This document shows positions 19,495-29,459 of a stretch of 64,000 nucleotides of DNA, piece after piece. The notes beneath the pieces were generated by a model. That model searched no databases. It was not told where the DNA came from and saw nothing but the letters and a program-made list of their open reading frames with translations. Each line of letters starts with the position of its first letter. The first letter of the stretch is position 1. The stretch comes from an uncultured Erysipelotrichaceae bacterium (GTDB taxonomy: Bacteria; Bacillota_I; Bacilli_A; RFN20; CAG-288): the NCBI GenBank assembly GCA_902772915.1, contig CACYCE010000020.1:16848-80847 (forward strand), written 5' to 3'. Position numbers and translations under genes: made by a program.

Positions 19495-20262
19495 ATGAAT
19501 ATTTTCTACATCGTATTGATAACCCTAGGTATAGCTATATCAGGTTATTTAATAGGCTCTATTTCCTGGGCGGTGATTATCACTAAATTCGTCTTCCACA
19601 TCGATATATACAAAGTTGGTTCAGGTAACGCTGGAGGTACTAATGTTGGAAGAGCCATAGGGAAAAAGTGGGCTATTATTACTATTGTTCTGGATGTAAT
19701 TAAGTGCTTAGTTCCCTTGTGGAGTTGGTTCTTCATCTTAACCTTGAGTCCTTTAAATGGATTTATGTCCGAGAATATAGGTTCTTTCCCTCTAAGTTTC
19801 TTCTATTACTTAGCTGGTTTTACTGCTTCTATAGGTCATATTTACCCCCTCTACTTCCATTTCAAAGGTGGGAAAGCCGTCAGTTGTTTTGGAGGCTTTA
19901 TCTTAGGTACTAACTGGATGTTGATGGTCTTAGGATTTGGAACCTTCTTATTAACCTTAAAATGGAAAAAGAGAGTTTCTCTTTCTTCTATAAGCGGAAC
20001 AGTCGTCTGCATGGTTCTAGCTATAGTAACAGCTATAGTTAATCAATTCTGCTCCAACGTTCTAGGAATCTCCTTCTGGTTCTTCCCTGGACCGAAGTTT
20101 GATTCTTACTATATGTATTCAATCTTCGTTATTATCTATGGTTTATTAGTAATCTTCTTACATAAACGTAACATTAATAGATTAGTCAATCACACCGAAC
20201 CTGAAACTCACTTTTATAAAGAAGGTGAAGTAAGACAATCTAATTACGATCAAGATAAATAA
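19495..20262 (+). CDS. plsY: glycerol-3-phosphate acyltransferase PlsY
   Basis: GSGNAGGTNVGRAIGKKW is the PlsY signature; multi-TM; 255 aa with a ~45-aa C-terminal extension. GGAG SD 6 nt upstream. Confidence 0.9.
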   Translation: MNIFYIVLITLGIAISGYLIGSISWAVIITKFVFHIDIYKVGSGNAGGTNVGRAIGKKWAIITIVLDVIKCLVPLWSWFFILTLSPLNGFMSENIGSFPLSFFYYLAGFTASIGHIYPLYFHFKGGKAVSCFGGFILGTNWMLMVLGFGTFLLTLKWKKRVSLSSISGTVVCMVLAIVTAIVNQFCSNVLGISFWFFPGPKFDSYYMYSIFVIIYGLLVIFLHKRNINRLVNHTEPETHFYKEGEVRQSNYDQDK

Positions 20263-20270
20263 TTATATTA

Positions 20271-20298
20271 AAAAAAGCCGCTAATAAGCGACTTTTTT
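20271..20298. terminator. weak bidirectional terminator candidate between plsY and the yneF-like gene
   Basis: aaaaaagccgctaataagcgactttttt is an imperfect 6-bp stem flanked by an A-run and a T-run. Confidence 0.35.
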
Positions 20299-20305
20299 AG
20301 TGATT

Positions 20306-20554
20306 CTATTTCTTGCTTTGAGCGTCTCTAACTGAGCGCATAACCTGTCTTACTTGAGCTTCAGAAGGCTTTCTACCCATTGATGAGAACATCGCTCTAA
20401 TGACTTTTTCATCGATAGGAGGATGTTTCTTTAATTCTCTTTTAAAGACGTATCTCGAAACAAAATAACCGATAAGTAAACCTCCTACGACGCACAAGAT
20501 TACAATACCAGCAATCCAACCACCGGAGATTTCAACTAATGATATAGGTGCCAT
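20306..20554 (-). CDS. yneF: UPF0154 / YneF-family small membrane protein
   Basis: 82 aa with one N-terminal TM (IAGIVILCVVGGLLIGYFVS) and a basic C-terminus. Next to plsY as in B. subtilis. Confidence 0.7.
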   Translation of the reverse strand: MAPISLVEISGGWIAGIVILCVVGGLLIGYFVSRYVFKRELKKHPPIDEKVIRAMFSSMGRKPSEAQVRQVMRSVRDAQSKK

Positions 20555-20580
20555 TGTTCTTCTTTCCTTTCTTAATAAAG

Positions 20581-20607
20581 AAAAGTCGGGTCAAATAACC
20601 CGACATT
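20581..20607 (-). terminator. rho-independent terminator of efp
   Basis: gtcgggt-caaata-acccgac, a perfect 7-bp stem, with a U-run on the minus strand. Confidence 0.7.
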
Positions 20608-20621
20608 TAAATTAAATAAAA

Positions 20622-21188
20622 TTAAGCGCGGGAATCGTATTCACCAGTATCGGTTCTAACCAAAATCTTATCGCCGTTTTTGATGAACATAGGGACTTTA
20701 ACAACATATCCAGTCTCTAAAGTCGCATCTTTTTGAGGTTTGTTAATGGTATCACCTTTAACAGCATCCTCAGTGTAAGTGACAGTTAAAGCAACTTTAA
20801 CTGGTAACTCAACACCCATAATTTCACCTTCGTAAGAGATGATTTGGACAGGTAAATTATCACATAAGAAGTTAGATTCTCTCTTCAATTGCTCTTTAGG
20901 AATAGAAACTTGTTCGTAAGTTTCATTGTCCATAAAGACGAAGAAAGTGCCATCATCATAGGAATAATTGTATTTTTTCTTGTCTAAGAAGCAGACTTTA
21001 ACCTTGTCTCCTCCACCAAAGGTAATATCTTTGATAGTGCCAGAGCGAAGATCCTTAACCTTAACTTTGACGACCATTTTTCTCATGGCAGTCTTGTTTT
21101 GTAAGGTATCTAAGACTTGTAATAAAGTTCCATCTTGATCGATGATTTGACCAGGAGTTAAATCATTGGAAATAATAATATCCGCCAT
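20622..21188 (-). CDS. efp: translation elongation factor P
   Basis: 188 aa. C-terminal KGDTINKPQKDATLETGYVVKVPMFIKNGDKILVRTDTGEYDSRA is the EF-P domain III signature. AGGAGG SD. Confidence 0.9.
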   Translation of the reverse strand: MADIIISNDLTPGQIIDQDGTLLQVLDTLQNKTAMRKMVVKVKVKDLRSGTIKDITFGGGDKVKVCFLDKKKYNYSYDDGTFFVFMDNETYEQVSIPKEQLKRESNFLCDNLPVQIISYEGEIMGVELPVKVALTVTYTEDAVKGDTINKPQKDATLETGYVVKVPMFIKNGDKILVRTDTGEYDSRA

Positions 21189-21207
21189 ATTTCTATCCTC
21201 CTAGTTA

Positions 21208-21366
21208 TTATCTCTTCTCCTTGTGAAGAGTTTTCTTTTGGCAGTGAGGGCAATATTTTTGAAGTTCGATTCTGTTAGGGACATTCTTCTTATTTTTTGA
21301 ATTGATGTAGTTTTCATTGCCGCAAACTGTGCAAACTAATGTGATTTCATTTCTTGAATCCGCCAT
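21208..21366 (-). CDS. rpmG: 50S ribosomal protein L33 (zinc-ribbon form)
   Basis: Manual translation of the minus strand gives [52 protein letters not shown] (52 aa) with CxxC...CxxC. It is below the track's 60-aa cutoff. AGGAAGG SD. Confidence 0.8.
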   Translation of the reverse strand: MADSRNEITLVCTVCGNENYINSKNKKNVPNRIELQKYCPHCQKKTLHKEKR

Positions 21367-21690
21367 AAAAATTCCTTCCTTTCTCTAAGGTACGTTGTTT
21401 AATATAACATATAAGCAAATCTATTTCCATATAAACTTAACTTTTTAAATTAAAAATTTCTTGCTAATTTGACTTTTGAAAATTTATGATTTTTTTCAAA
21501 AACTAGTTATATTTACTTTATATCGACATAGAAACTACTAAGAAATTACTAATTATATACTTTAAGTTTACAAAATAAGTGTTTTTATAAAAAATATAAT
21601 TTTTTTAAGTTTACAGATTAAATTTAAAATATATATTTACTTCTCTATTATTATAAATGATTTTTGCTATACTTTCATTGGGGGTTATAT

Positions 21691-22737
21691 ATGAAAAAGA
21701 ACGTTGTAAGAATCGGTAACAAATTGTTAGGAGGAGATAATCCCATCCTCATTCAAACTATGGCTAATATCAAGACTAGCAGAGTCGATGAAATATTAGA
21801 AATGGATAAAGATTTGAGCGAATTGGGCAACGATCTACTCCGTCTATCAGTTTTAGATGAAGAAGACGCTGAAGCTTTTAAATATTTAACTTCTCATACT
21901 TCTACCCCACTAATTGCTGATATTCACTTCAATTATTTATTCGCTTTAAAAGCTATAAAAAATGGCGCTGCAGCAATAAGAATCAATCCAGGTAATATTG
22001 GAGGAGAAGATAAATTAGCTAGAGTTATAGATTTAGCTAAGAGAAAAGGTATTCCTATGAGAATAGGAATTAACTCCGGCTCCCTTCCTACCTCTCAAGT
22101 CTCTAAAAAGTCCTCTGTAGAGGCTTATATTGATACTTTAAAAGATACTTTGAGGGTATTTGATAAATATGATTATCACGATTTAGTTCTCTCTTTAAAA
22201 TCTTCTGATCCTAATATTACTTATCAAGCATATAAAAGAGCCTATGAAGAATTCCCTTACCCTTTGCATATAGGTGTTACTGAAGCTGGTGAGGGTTATC
22301 TAGGGGCTTTGAAATCTTCCGTAGCCTTAGTTCCTCTACTTAGAGAAGGAATAGGAGATACCATTAGAATTTCTCTTTCTAACCCTCCTAGAGATGAGGT
22401 AATAGCGTGTAAGCATCTATTAAAGGATATGGGTTTAAGAAAAAATGTTCCCACTCTAGTTTCCTGCCCTACTTGCGGAAGAACACAAGTAGATTTGATG
22501 AAGACTGTTAAAATTGTAGAAAAACATTTAGAAAAGATTAATGTAGATATGAAAATTGCTATCATGGGCTGCCCTGTAAATGGACCTGGAGAAGCTAAAG
22601 ATGCTGATTTAGGTTTAGCAGGAGGAGTCGATTCATTCCTCTTCTTTAAAAAAGGAAAAGCTATTAAATCTATGAGAGAAGATGAGGCAGTTAAATATTT
22701 ATTAGAACAAATAGATTTATTAGCTTCAAAATCTTAA
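21691..22737 (+). CDS. ispG: 4-hydroxy-3-methylbut-2-enyl-diphosphate synthase (GcpE)
   Basis: MKKNVVRIGNKLLGGDNPILIQTMANIKT... with the C-terminal CPTCGRT...GCPVNGPGE 4Fe-4S Cys triad. The track's 21664 start is a TTG; the ATG at 21691 has a GGGGG SD. Confidence 0.9.
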   Translation: MKKNVVRIGNKLLGGDNPILIQTMANIKTSRVDEILEMDKDLSELGNDLLRLSVLDEEDAEAFKYLTSHTSTPLIADIHFNYLFALKAIKNGAAAIRINPGNIGGEDKLARVIDLAKRKGIPMRIGINSGSLPTSQVSKKSSVEAYIDTLKDTLRVFDKYDYHDLVLSLKSSDPNITYQAYKRAYEEFPYPLHIGVTEAGEGYLGALKSSVALVPLLREGIGDTIRISLSNPPRDEVIACKHLLKDMGLRKNVPTLVSCPTCGRTQVDLMKTVKIVEKHLEKINVDMKIAIMGCPVNGPGEAKDADLGLAGGVDSFLFFKKGKAIKSMREDEAVKYLLEQIDLLASKS

Positions 22738-22749
22738 TAAAACTATAAA

Positions 22750-22788
22750 AAAACGCATTATTAGGAATTCTCCTCAATGCGTTTTTTT
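22750..22788. terminator. bidirectional rho-independent terminator (ispG / helicase, convergent)
   Basis: aaacgcatt-(loop containing an agga/tcct inner stem)-aatgcgttt, flanked by an A-run and a T-run. Confidence 0.8.
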
Positions 22789-22790
22789 AA

Positions 22791-24170
22791 TTAATTTCCT
22801 CTTTTTTTCTTAGATTTTCTTACATTAGGTTCCTTATAAGAAACGAAAGAATAATGAGTACCTTCGTTAGTATTACGTTGATCTAGATTCTTTTTAATAA
22901 TTTCATCTTTATGACGTTGCTTTACTAATTGGATTGCTTTTCTTCTCTTCTTCTTATAATTAGGCTTAACTTCGTGGCCTCTAAGTTTTCTTAATTTTTG
23001 CTTGATAGCTTTTTCTAAGTAGATATTGTTCTTTTGAGGCTTCTTTTCAATTTTAGAGAGATTTCTTTCTTCTTTAAGTTGACTATTTCTAAGTGACATA
23101 AAGGTGAAATCTACACCTCTATTAATCAATTCCCTCGCTCTAGAAGTATCATCGTTAGAATAAAAGACGTAAGATACACCTTTTTTATAGAAGCGCCCAG
23201 CACGACCAGCTCTGTGGAAATAATAGATGATATCGTAAGGGAGATTTAGCGATATAACAGTTGTAACATCTTTAATATCTACACCTCTAGCAGCGATATC
23301 GGTACAAAGAAGTAAATTAGATTTCCCTTCTTCGAAGTCTTTGTAGGCCTTTCTTTGATCTCTTTTATTCATCTCACCGGAGATTACTAAGTGATTAATT
23401 TTATTTTTATTTAATATTTCACTCACTTCTCCTATTTCGCTCTTTTTAGAGACAAAAGCCATAATTTTTTCACTAGGATTGAGATTTTTAAGAAAATTAA
23501 CCAAGGCTTGACCAATAGAAACATGCTTTATATCTACTAAATAATGAGAGATGTTGGAAGCGTTAATTTCATTGTTAGATAGGTCTAAAAGAGTATCTGC
23601 ACCTATATATCTTCTTACCAATCTATTTAAATGTTCATCTACTGAAGCGGTAAATAAATATTTATTAGCTTTAATATCTAAACCTAAAATTGAATTAAGT
23701 TGTTCTTCAAAACCTCCAAAAAGAATCATATCTCCTTCATCAATAATTAAATTATTTACATATTTTAAATTGAATTGGCTCAATCTTTTAATAAATTGAT
23801 CAGGTGTGGCAACAATGATATCTTCATTGAATTTATCTTCTTTAATAGCGGTAGAAGAAATAATTACAGAAGTGAAATCTTTATAAATTTTCTTAAATTG
23901 AGAAAGATTTTTATTAACTTGCAAGGCAAGGATGGAGGTAGGAACAATAATTATTTCTTGAGTGAAATTCTTCCCTTCTTCTAAATCCTCTAAAAGAGGA
24001 ATTAGGTAGGCTAAAGTCTTTCCCGAACCTGTGGGAGCTTTAATCAAAGCGGATTTATTCTTCTTAAGAAGAGGGATGGCTTGTTCTTGAACGGGAGAAG
24101 GTTGATTTATTCCTTGTCCTTCCAAGATATCAACTAACTTCTTATCGACGTTTAAATCTTGAAAATTCAT
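22791..24170 (-). CDS. DEAD-box-family ATP-dependent RNA helicase with a basic C-terminal tail
   Basis: Q-motif and Walker A (APTGSGKT); motif II reads DEGD (IIDEGDMIL) and motif III reads TAS; HRAGRAGR present. 459 aa with a K/R-rich tail. Confidence 0.85.
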   Translation of the reverse strand: MNFQDLNVDKKLVDILEGQGINQPSPVQEQAIPLLKKNKSALIKAPTGSGKTLAYLIPLLEDLEEGKNFTQEIIIVPTSILALQVNKNLSQFKKIYKDFTSVIISSTAIKEDKFNEDIIVATPDQFIKRLSQFNLKYVNNLIIDEGDMILFGGFEEQLNSILGLDIKANKYLFTASVDEHLNRLVRRYIGADTLLDLSNNEINASNISHYLVDIKHVSIGQALVNFLKNLNPSEKIMAFVSKKSEIGEVSEILNKNKINHLVISGEMNKRDQRKAYKDFEEGKSNLLLCTDIAARGVDIKDVTTVISLNLPYDIIYYFHRAGRAGRFYKKGVSYVFYSNDDTSRARELINRGVDFTFMSLRNSQLKEERNLSKIEKKPQKNNIYLEKAIKQKLRKLRGHEVKPNYKKKRRKAIQLVKQRHKDEIIKKNLDQRNTNEGTHYSFVSYKEPNVRKSKKKRGN

Positions 24171-25897
24171 TATTCTTCTTTTCCTTTTATTTCTAAACCT
24201 AAAATATCAGTATTTTCACTAGGAACATAAGAAGGAGCTTGGCACATAGTGTCGTAAGCTTGTAAATTTTTAGGGAAAGCGACGACATCTTTAATGTTAT
24301 CAGTCTTACAGATAATCATAGTTAATCTCTCTAAACCGATAGCAAATCCACCGTGAGGAGGAGTGCCGTATTTTAGTGCATCGACGAAGAATCCGAATCT
24401 CTCCTTGATATCTTCTTGAGATAATCCTAGTAATTCAAAGACTTTTTCTTGAACTTTTGAATCGTAGATTCTTAAAGAACCTGAAGACAATTCATAACCG
24501 TTCATAACTGTATCGTAAGCGTAAGATAAAACTTTAGTAGGATCTTTATCTAAATTTATTAAATCTTCATCTCTAGGTCTAGTGAAAGGGTTAGATAAAG
24601 ATTCATAATGATCATCGACTTTTTCAAATAGAGGCCAGTCGATGACGAATAAAGGCTTAAAGACATTAGGATCAGTTAAGCCTAATTCTTTACCATATTT
24701 AGATCTAATTGCACCTAAAGCGATACATAATCTTTCGTTATCTTCATCAGCTCCGACAATCAAAAGGTCGTTATCTTTCATATTGGTCTTCTCTTTTAGT
24801 TCATTTAAAACCTCTTCAGAATAAAATTTATTTAAAGAAGAAGTTAAAACTCCATTCTCACACTTGAAGAAAGAAACCCCGTGAATTTTGAACTTTTTAG
24901 CTAAATCATTATCTTTATCCATGACTTTTCTAGAAGTAGAAGGTCCCACTCCAGGAACAACTAAACCTTTGATGGGTTTATTCTTGAAAGCTTCAAAACT
25001 TCCCTGAGAAAGGATGGAAGTTAAATCGACCAATTTCAAATCAAATCTCAAATCAGGTTTATCTGAACCGTAGATGTTGATAGCATCGTGATAAGAAAGT
25101 CTCTCGAATTTAGGTAAAGTGACATTTAAGACATCTTTAAAAATGTTAGAAAGTAAACCTTCGATGACATTTAAGACGTCTTCTCTTTCAATAAAGGACA
25201 TCTCAGCGTCGATTTGAGTGAATTCAGGTTGTCTATCCGCTCTTAAATCTTCATCTCTATAGCATCTAGCAATTTGATAATATCTATCCATTCCACCAAT
25301 CATCAACAATTGCTTAAAGATTTGAGGAGATTGAGGTAGAGCGTAGAATTGTCCAGGGAAAATTCTAGAAGGCACTAAATAGTCTCTAGCTCCTTCAGGA
25401 GTAGATCTAATCAAAGTCGGAGTTTCGACTTCTAAAAAGCCTAAAGAATCGAAATATCTATGAGCAGAGGCAACTATTTGCGCTCTTTTTATTAAGTTTT
25501 CTTGTAGACAAGGACGACGTAAGTCGAGATATCTAGTTTTGAGTCTAGTATCCTCTAACGCATCAGTTTGACTTGCGACTATAAAAGGAGGAAGCATAGA
25601 TTTAGAGAAAACTTTAATAGAAGAAGCGACGACTTCAATATCTCCAGTAGCAATATTGGGGTTTTTATCTTGTCTTTCTCTAACTTTACCTTGAACTTGA
25701 ACGCAATATTCAGATTTCAATTCAACTTTTTCAAATAAGCTAGGTTCAATATAGATTTGAGTGATACCATAACGATCTCTTAAATCCATGAATACTAAAG
25801 CACCTAAATTTCTTACTTTAGATACCCATCCTACTAAAGTAACTTCTTCTCCAACATTCGATATACGAAGTTCACCATTATTTTTATTACGTAACAT
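24170..25897 (-). CDS. aspS: aspartyl-tRNA synthetase
   Basis: 575 aa; class II motifs (FRNE-like QLLMIGG, GGFAIGLERL); anticodon-binding OB fold at the N-terminus. Confidence 0.95.
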   Translation of the reverse strand: MLRNKNNGELRISNVGEEVTLVGWVSKVRNLGALVFMDLRDRYGITQIYIEPSLFEKVELKSEYCVQVQGKVRERQDKNPNIATGDIEVVASSIKVFSKSMLPPFIVASQTDALEDTRLKTRYLDLRRPCLQENLIKRAQIVASAHRYFDSLGFLEVETPTLIRSTPEGARDYLVPSRIFPGQFYALPQSPQIFKQLLMIGGMDRYYQIARCYRDEDLRADRQPEFTQIDAEMSFIEREDVLNVIEGLLSNIFKDVLNVTLPKFERLSYHDAINIYGSDKPDLRFDLKLVDLTSILSQGSFEAFKNKPIKGLVVPGVGPSTSRKVMDKDNDLAKKFKIHGVSFFKCENGVLTSSLNKFYSEEVLNELKEKTNMKDNDLLIVGADEDNERLCIALGAIRSKYGKELGLTDPNVFKPLFVIDWPLFEKVDDHYESLSNPFTRPRDEDLINLDKDPTKVLSYAYDTVMNGYELSSGSLRIYDSKVQEKVFELLGLSQEDIKERFGFFVDALKYGTPPHGGFAIGLERLTMIICKTDNIKDVVAFPKNLQAYDTMCQAPSYVPSENTDILGLEIKGKEE

Positions 25898-25917
25898 ACA
25901 ACAACCTTCTTTCTTGA

Positions 25918-27207
25918 CTATTTTTTAAAGTGATTATTTAAATAAGATACCAATTGATCTAAATCGGAAGTAGAGACGACTTCTTGACTTCTCTCTTTCA
26001 AATTTTTGACGATTACTGAATCAGGATTATAATCGTCGAAAATCAAGGCGTATGAAGCATTTTTCCTATCTGCCATCTTCAGAGAACCATTTAAGGCTTT
26101 AGAATAAGAAGAAGAGGAAACATAATAACCTTCAGAGCGCAATTCATCTTCTAATATTATAGGGAAAGTATCCTTCTCTTTCCTTAAATCTATGACGAAG
26201 AAATCTAAATCTCCTTTGTAATTTTTCAACAAGGCATCTTTTCTTTGTTCATCTAAAGATAAAAGCAATCTTTCCATACCATAAGAGAAACCGATACCTT
26301 CAAAATCAGGTCCTCCTATTTCCTTCATCAAAGAACCGTATTGTCCTCCTCCACCAATAGCACCTAAATCCATATTCATTGGATCGTAGAGTTCAAAAAC
26401 CAAGCCGGTGTAATAATCTAGACCTCTAACTAATCTAGGGTCGAGTTTATAGGAAATATTTAAAGATTCTAAGACTGAAATGATAGTATTTAATTCTTTC
26501 TTATCTTCTTCAGTTAAGAAATCAGTAATAAAAGGAGCTTCTTTATTTATTTCTACATCCGAAGGGACCTTGCAATCTAAAATACGTAAGACATTTTGCT
26601 GATATCTTCTGTGGCAGTCTTCACACATAGAATCTAATTTAGGAGCGTAAAATTCCTTCAAAGCCTCTCTGTATTTAACTCTCGATTCAAAAGAACCTAA
26701 GAAATTGATTTTTAATATCAAAGAATGACCAAGAAGTTCTTCAGCAGCTCTATAGAACAACAACAAAGCATCCAAAGTAGTTTGGATATCGATTTTAGAA
26801 TCGAAAAATTCGATACCAAATTGAGATAATTGTCTCAATCTTCCCTTTTGAGGTCTTTCAAAACGGAAGACAGGTCCACAGTAATAGAATCTCAAAGGTA
26901 AGTCAGGGCTAGCGTACAATTTATTTTCAATGACCATACGGTTGACTCCAGCGGTGAATTCAGGTCTTAAGACGTAATCGTGTTCACCTTTAACATCTAA
27001 ACCAAACATTTCTTTAGAGACGATATCAGAGGATTCTCCTACACCTCTTACAAATAATTTCTTCTCCTCAAAAGAAGGAATTTCAATTCCTTCAGCGCCG
27101 TATTTCTCCGCGTAAGCTGACAATAGACTTCTTATAGAATCGTAAACCTTTTTATCTTTAGCAATAAAATCTAAGGTTCCACGAGGTTTATTTATAGTTT
27201 CTGACAT
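25918..27207 (-). CDS. hisS: histidyl-tRNA synthetase
   Basis: 429 aa; class II core with a HisRS-type C-terminal anticodon domain; hisS-aspS pair as in Bacillus. Confidence 0.9.
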   Translation of the reverse strand: MSETINKPRGTLDFIAKDKKVYDSIRSLLSAYAEKYGAEGIEIPSFEEKKLFVRGVGESSDIVSKEMFGLDVKGEHDYVLRPEFTAGVNRMVIENKLYASPDLPLRFYYCGPVFRFERPQKGRLRQLSQFGIEFFDSKIDIQTTLDALLLFYRAAEELLGHSLILKINFLGSFESRVKYREALKEFYAPKLDSMCEDCHRRYQQNVLRILDCKVPSDVEINKEAPFITDFLTEEDKKELNTIISVLESLNISYKLDPRLVRGLDYYTGLVFELYDPMNMDLGAIGGGGQYGSLMKEIGGPDFEGIGFSYGMERLLLSLDEQRKDALLKNYKGDLDFFVIDLRKEKDTFPIILEDELRSEGYYVSSSSYSKALNGSLKMADRKNASYALIFDDYNPDSVIVKNLKERSQEVVSTSDLDQLVSYLNNHFKK

Positions 27208-27218
27208 ATATTTTCTCC

Positions 27219-29444
27219 TTAGTGCGATGTACGTTTAACCGAATAAACCGATTTAATGTTCATCAAATTAGTAAATAATTTATCTAAGACTGAAGCGTTA
27301 TCAATCAAAGCTGTAACTGAGACTACAGTCACCCCTTTATTGGCTTTATAACGAGCGGAAATATTAGTTAAACCCGCTCCGTAAGATGTGATAGTGTTCA
27401 TAATATCCACTAGCAAGCCATTGCGGTCGTAGCATTCAAGGACGAAATCTACAGGATATTTTTTAGTCTTGTCGAGTTCAGGATTCCAGATGACACTGAC
27501 GATTCTAGCGTGCTCATGAGCAATATTGGGACAATCTTTTCTATGAACTTTGATTCCTCTTCCCTTAGAGACATAACCTATAATTTCATCCCCAGGAATC
27601 GGTGTACAGCAGTTAGCTAGACTAATCAACGCCGAATCTCCATTTTCCAATAAGACCGCATCCTCAGAAGAAATCTTCTTTTTGAGAATATTAGCTTTCT
27701 TCAATTCATCTTCTAAATGATCTTGAAGAGCCTCTTGAGAAGAACGATTGATGTTCAAGAAATCCAAAATAGCATTAGGCATAATGGTCTTATTTGCTAC
27801 TTTGAAGTAGAGATCATCTAAATCTTTAACTTGGAAGTTAGCAAATAACTTCTGATCGGTTAAGAGCTTTTCAATGCTATTCCACGAAGTAGAAAGTTTT
27901 CTTTCTCTAATAGAATCTTTCAAGGAATTTCTTCCTTTATCTACTTGTTCCTGCTTAGTAAATTCAGAATTAAGTTTACTTAAATATTTACGGATGTGAG
28001 ATTTAGCAAAACCGGTTCCAGCTATATTTAACCACTCGGAATTAGGTTGAGCGTCTTTTCTAGTGATAATTTCTACCATGTCACCAGTTTTTAATTTGGT
28101 AGAAAGAGGAACTAATTTATTGTTGACTTTCGCCCCTGACAAAGAATTACCTAACCCAGTGTGAATTCTATAAGCAAAGTCGATAGGAGTCGCGCCGTTA
28201 GGAAGATCTATAACCTTACCTTTAGGGGTAAAAACATAGACGTTAGCGTTAAAGATATCTTCTTTCAGCTGCGATTCATATTCTTTAGCGTTTAAATCAT
28301 CCCTACCTTCATAAGACATTCTGACAAAATCTTTAAACCAATGTAATCTCGCTTCGATATCTTTTTGCTCAGAGCGAGGATCGTAGGAAGTGCCTTCTTT
28401 ATAACGCCAGTGAGCCGCGATTCCCCCTTCTGCAGTCTCATCCATTTCCTTAGTTCTAATTTGAATTTCGAAGACGTGACCATCTCCAGATAAAATAGTC
28501 GTGTGCAAAGATTGATACATATTAGGTTTAGGAACCGCGATGTAATCTTTAAATCGGCCTGGAACTGGAGTGAATGACGAATGGATATAACCTAAGATTT
28601 CATAACAGTTAGTCTCAGTCTTAGTAATGATACGCAAAGCTAAAATATCGTATATATCTTCGAACTTTTTGTTCTTTATATACATCTTTTTGTAGATGGA
28701 ATAAATAGATTTTACACGAGCGGAAATTTCATATTCTAGATTTGTAGTAGATAATATAGATTGAATCTTCGCCTTTAAAAATTGCAAGGAAGAATCAATT
28801 TGATTGTAGGATTTCTGTAATTTCTTTTCGATATCGTTATAAATATCAGGATGTAAATAATACAAAGACAAATTTTGCATTTCAGACATCAAAGAATTTA
28901 AACCTAGACGATGAGCAATAGGCACGTAAACATCTAAAGTTTCATTAGAAATCCTCACCTGTTTAGCTGGGGGTTGGAATTGAAGAGTACGCATGTTGTG
29001 CAATCTGTCAGCTAATTTAATGATGATGACACGAATATCGGCTGCCATCGCCAAGAAAATTTTACGGTGATCTTCAGCTTGGAAGTCGGAATTATGGAAA
29101 TCGGATAATCTAGTAATTTTAGTTAAAGATTCCACTAAGAAAGCGACTTCTGAGCCAAATGTTTGTTCAATATCTTCTTTTGTAGTATCGGTATCTTCAA
29201 TTGTATCGTGAAGTAAACCAGCGATTATAGTATCAGGGCTAGTTTGCATGGATGACAAAATCATCGCGACACCTAGGACGTGAGAAACGTAAGGATCACC
29301 AGATTTTCTAAACTGACCTTCGTGCTTTTTATCAGCGTACTTATAGGCCTTTTCAATTCTCTCTAAATCAGATTTGTTAGTGATATAACGAGAATATGAA
29401 GCTTTAAGTTCATCGAATGTAACTAACTTATTTTCTATAACCAT
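27219..29444 (-). CDS. relA: bifunctional (p)ppGpp synthetase/hydrolase Rel (RelA/SpoT family)
   Basis: 741 aa; HD hydrolase domain (HVLGVAMIL...LHDTIEDT), synthetase domain, TGS and ACT regions. apt-relA order as in Bacillus. Confidence 0.9.
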   Translation of the reverse strand: MVIENKLVTFDELKASYSRYITNKSDLERIEKAYKYADKKHEGQFRKSGDPYVSHVLGVAMILSSMQTSPDTIIAGLLHDTIEDTDTTKEDIEQTFGSEVAFLVESLTKITRLSDFHNSDFQAEDHRKIFLAMAADIRVIIIKLADRLHNMRTLQFQPPAKQVRISNETLDVYVPIAHRLGLNSLMSEMQNLSLYYLHPDIYNDIEKKLQKSYNQIDSSLQFLKAKIQSILSTTNLEYEISARVKSIYSIYKKMYIKNKKFEDIYDILALRIITKTETNCYEILGYIHSSFTPVPGRFKDYIAVPKPNMYQSLHTTILSGDGHVFEIQIRTKEMDETAEGGIAAHWRYKEGTSYDPRSEQKDIEARLHWFKDFVRMSYEGRDDLNAKEYESQLKEDIFNANVYVFTPKGKVIDLPNGATPIDFAYRIHTGLGNSLSGAKVNNKLVPLSTKLKTGDMVEIITRKDAQPNSEWLNIAGTGFAKSHIRKYLSKLNSEFTKQEQVDKGRNSLKDSIRERKLSTSWNSIEKLLTDQKLFANFQVKDLDDLYFKVANKTIMPNAILDFLNINRSSQEALQDHLEDELKKANILKKKISSEDAVLLENGDSALISLANCCTPIPGDEIIGYVSKGRGIKVHRKDCPNIAHEHARIVSVIWNPELDKTKKYPVDFVLECYDRNGLLVDIMNTITSYGAGLTNISARYKANKGVTVVSVTALIDNASVLDKLFTNLMNIKSVYSVKRTSH

Positions 29445-29459
29445 AACAAAAAGACAAAA

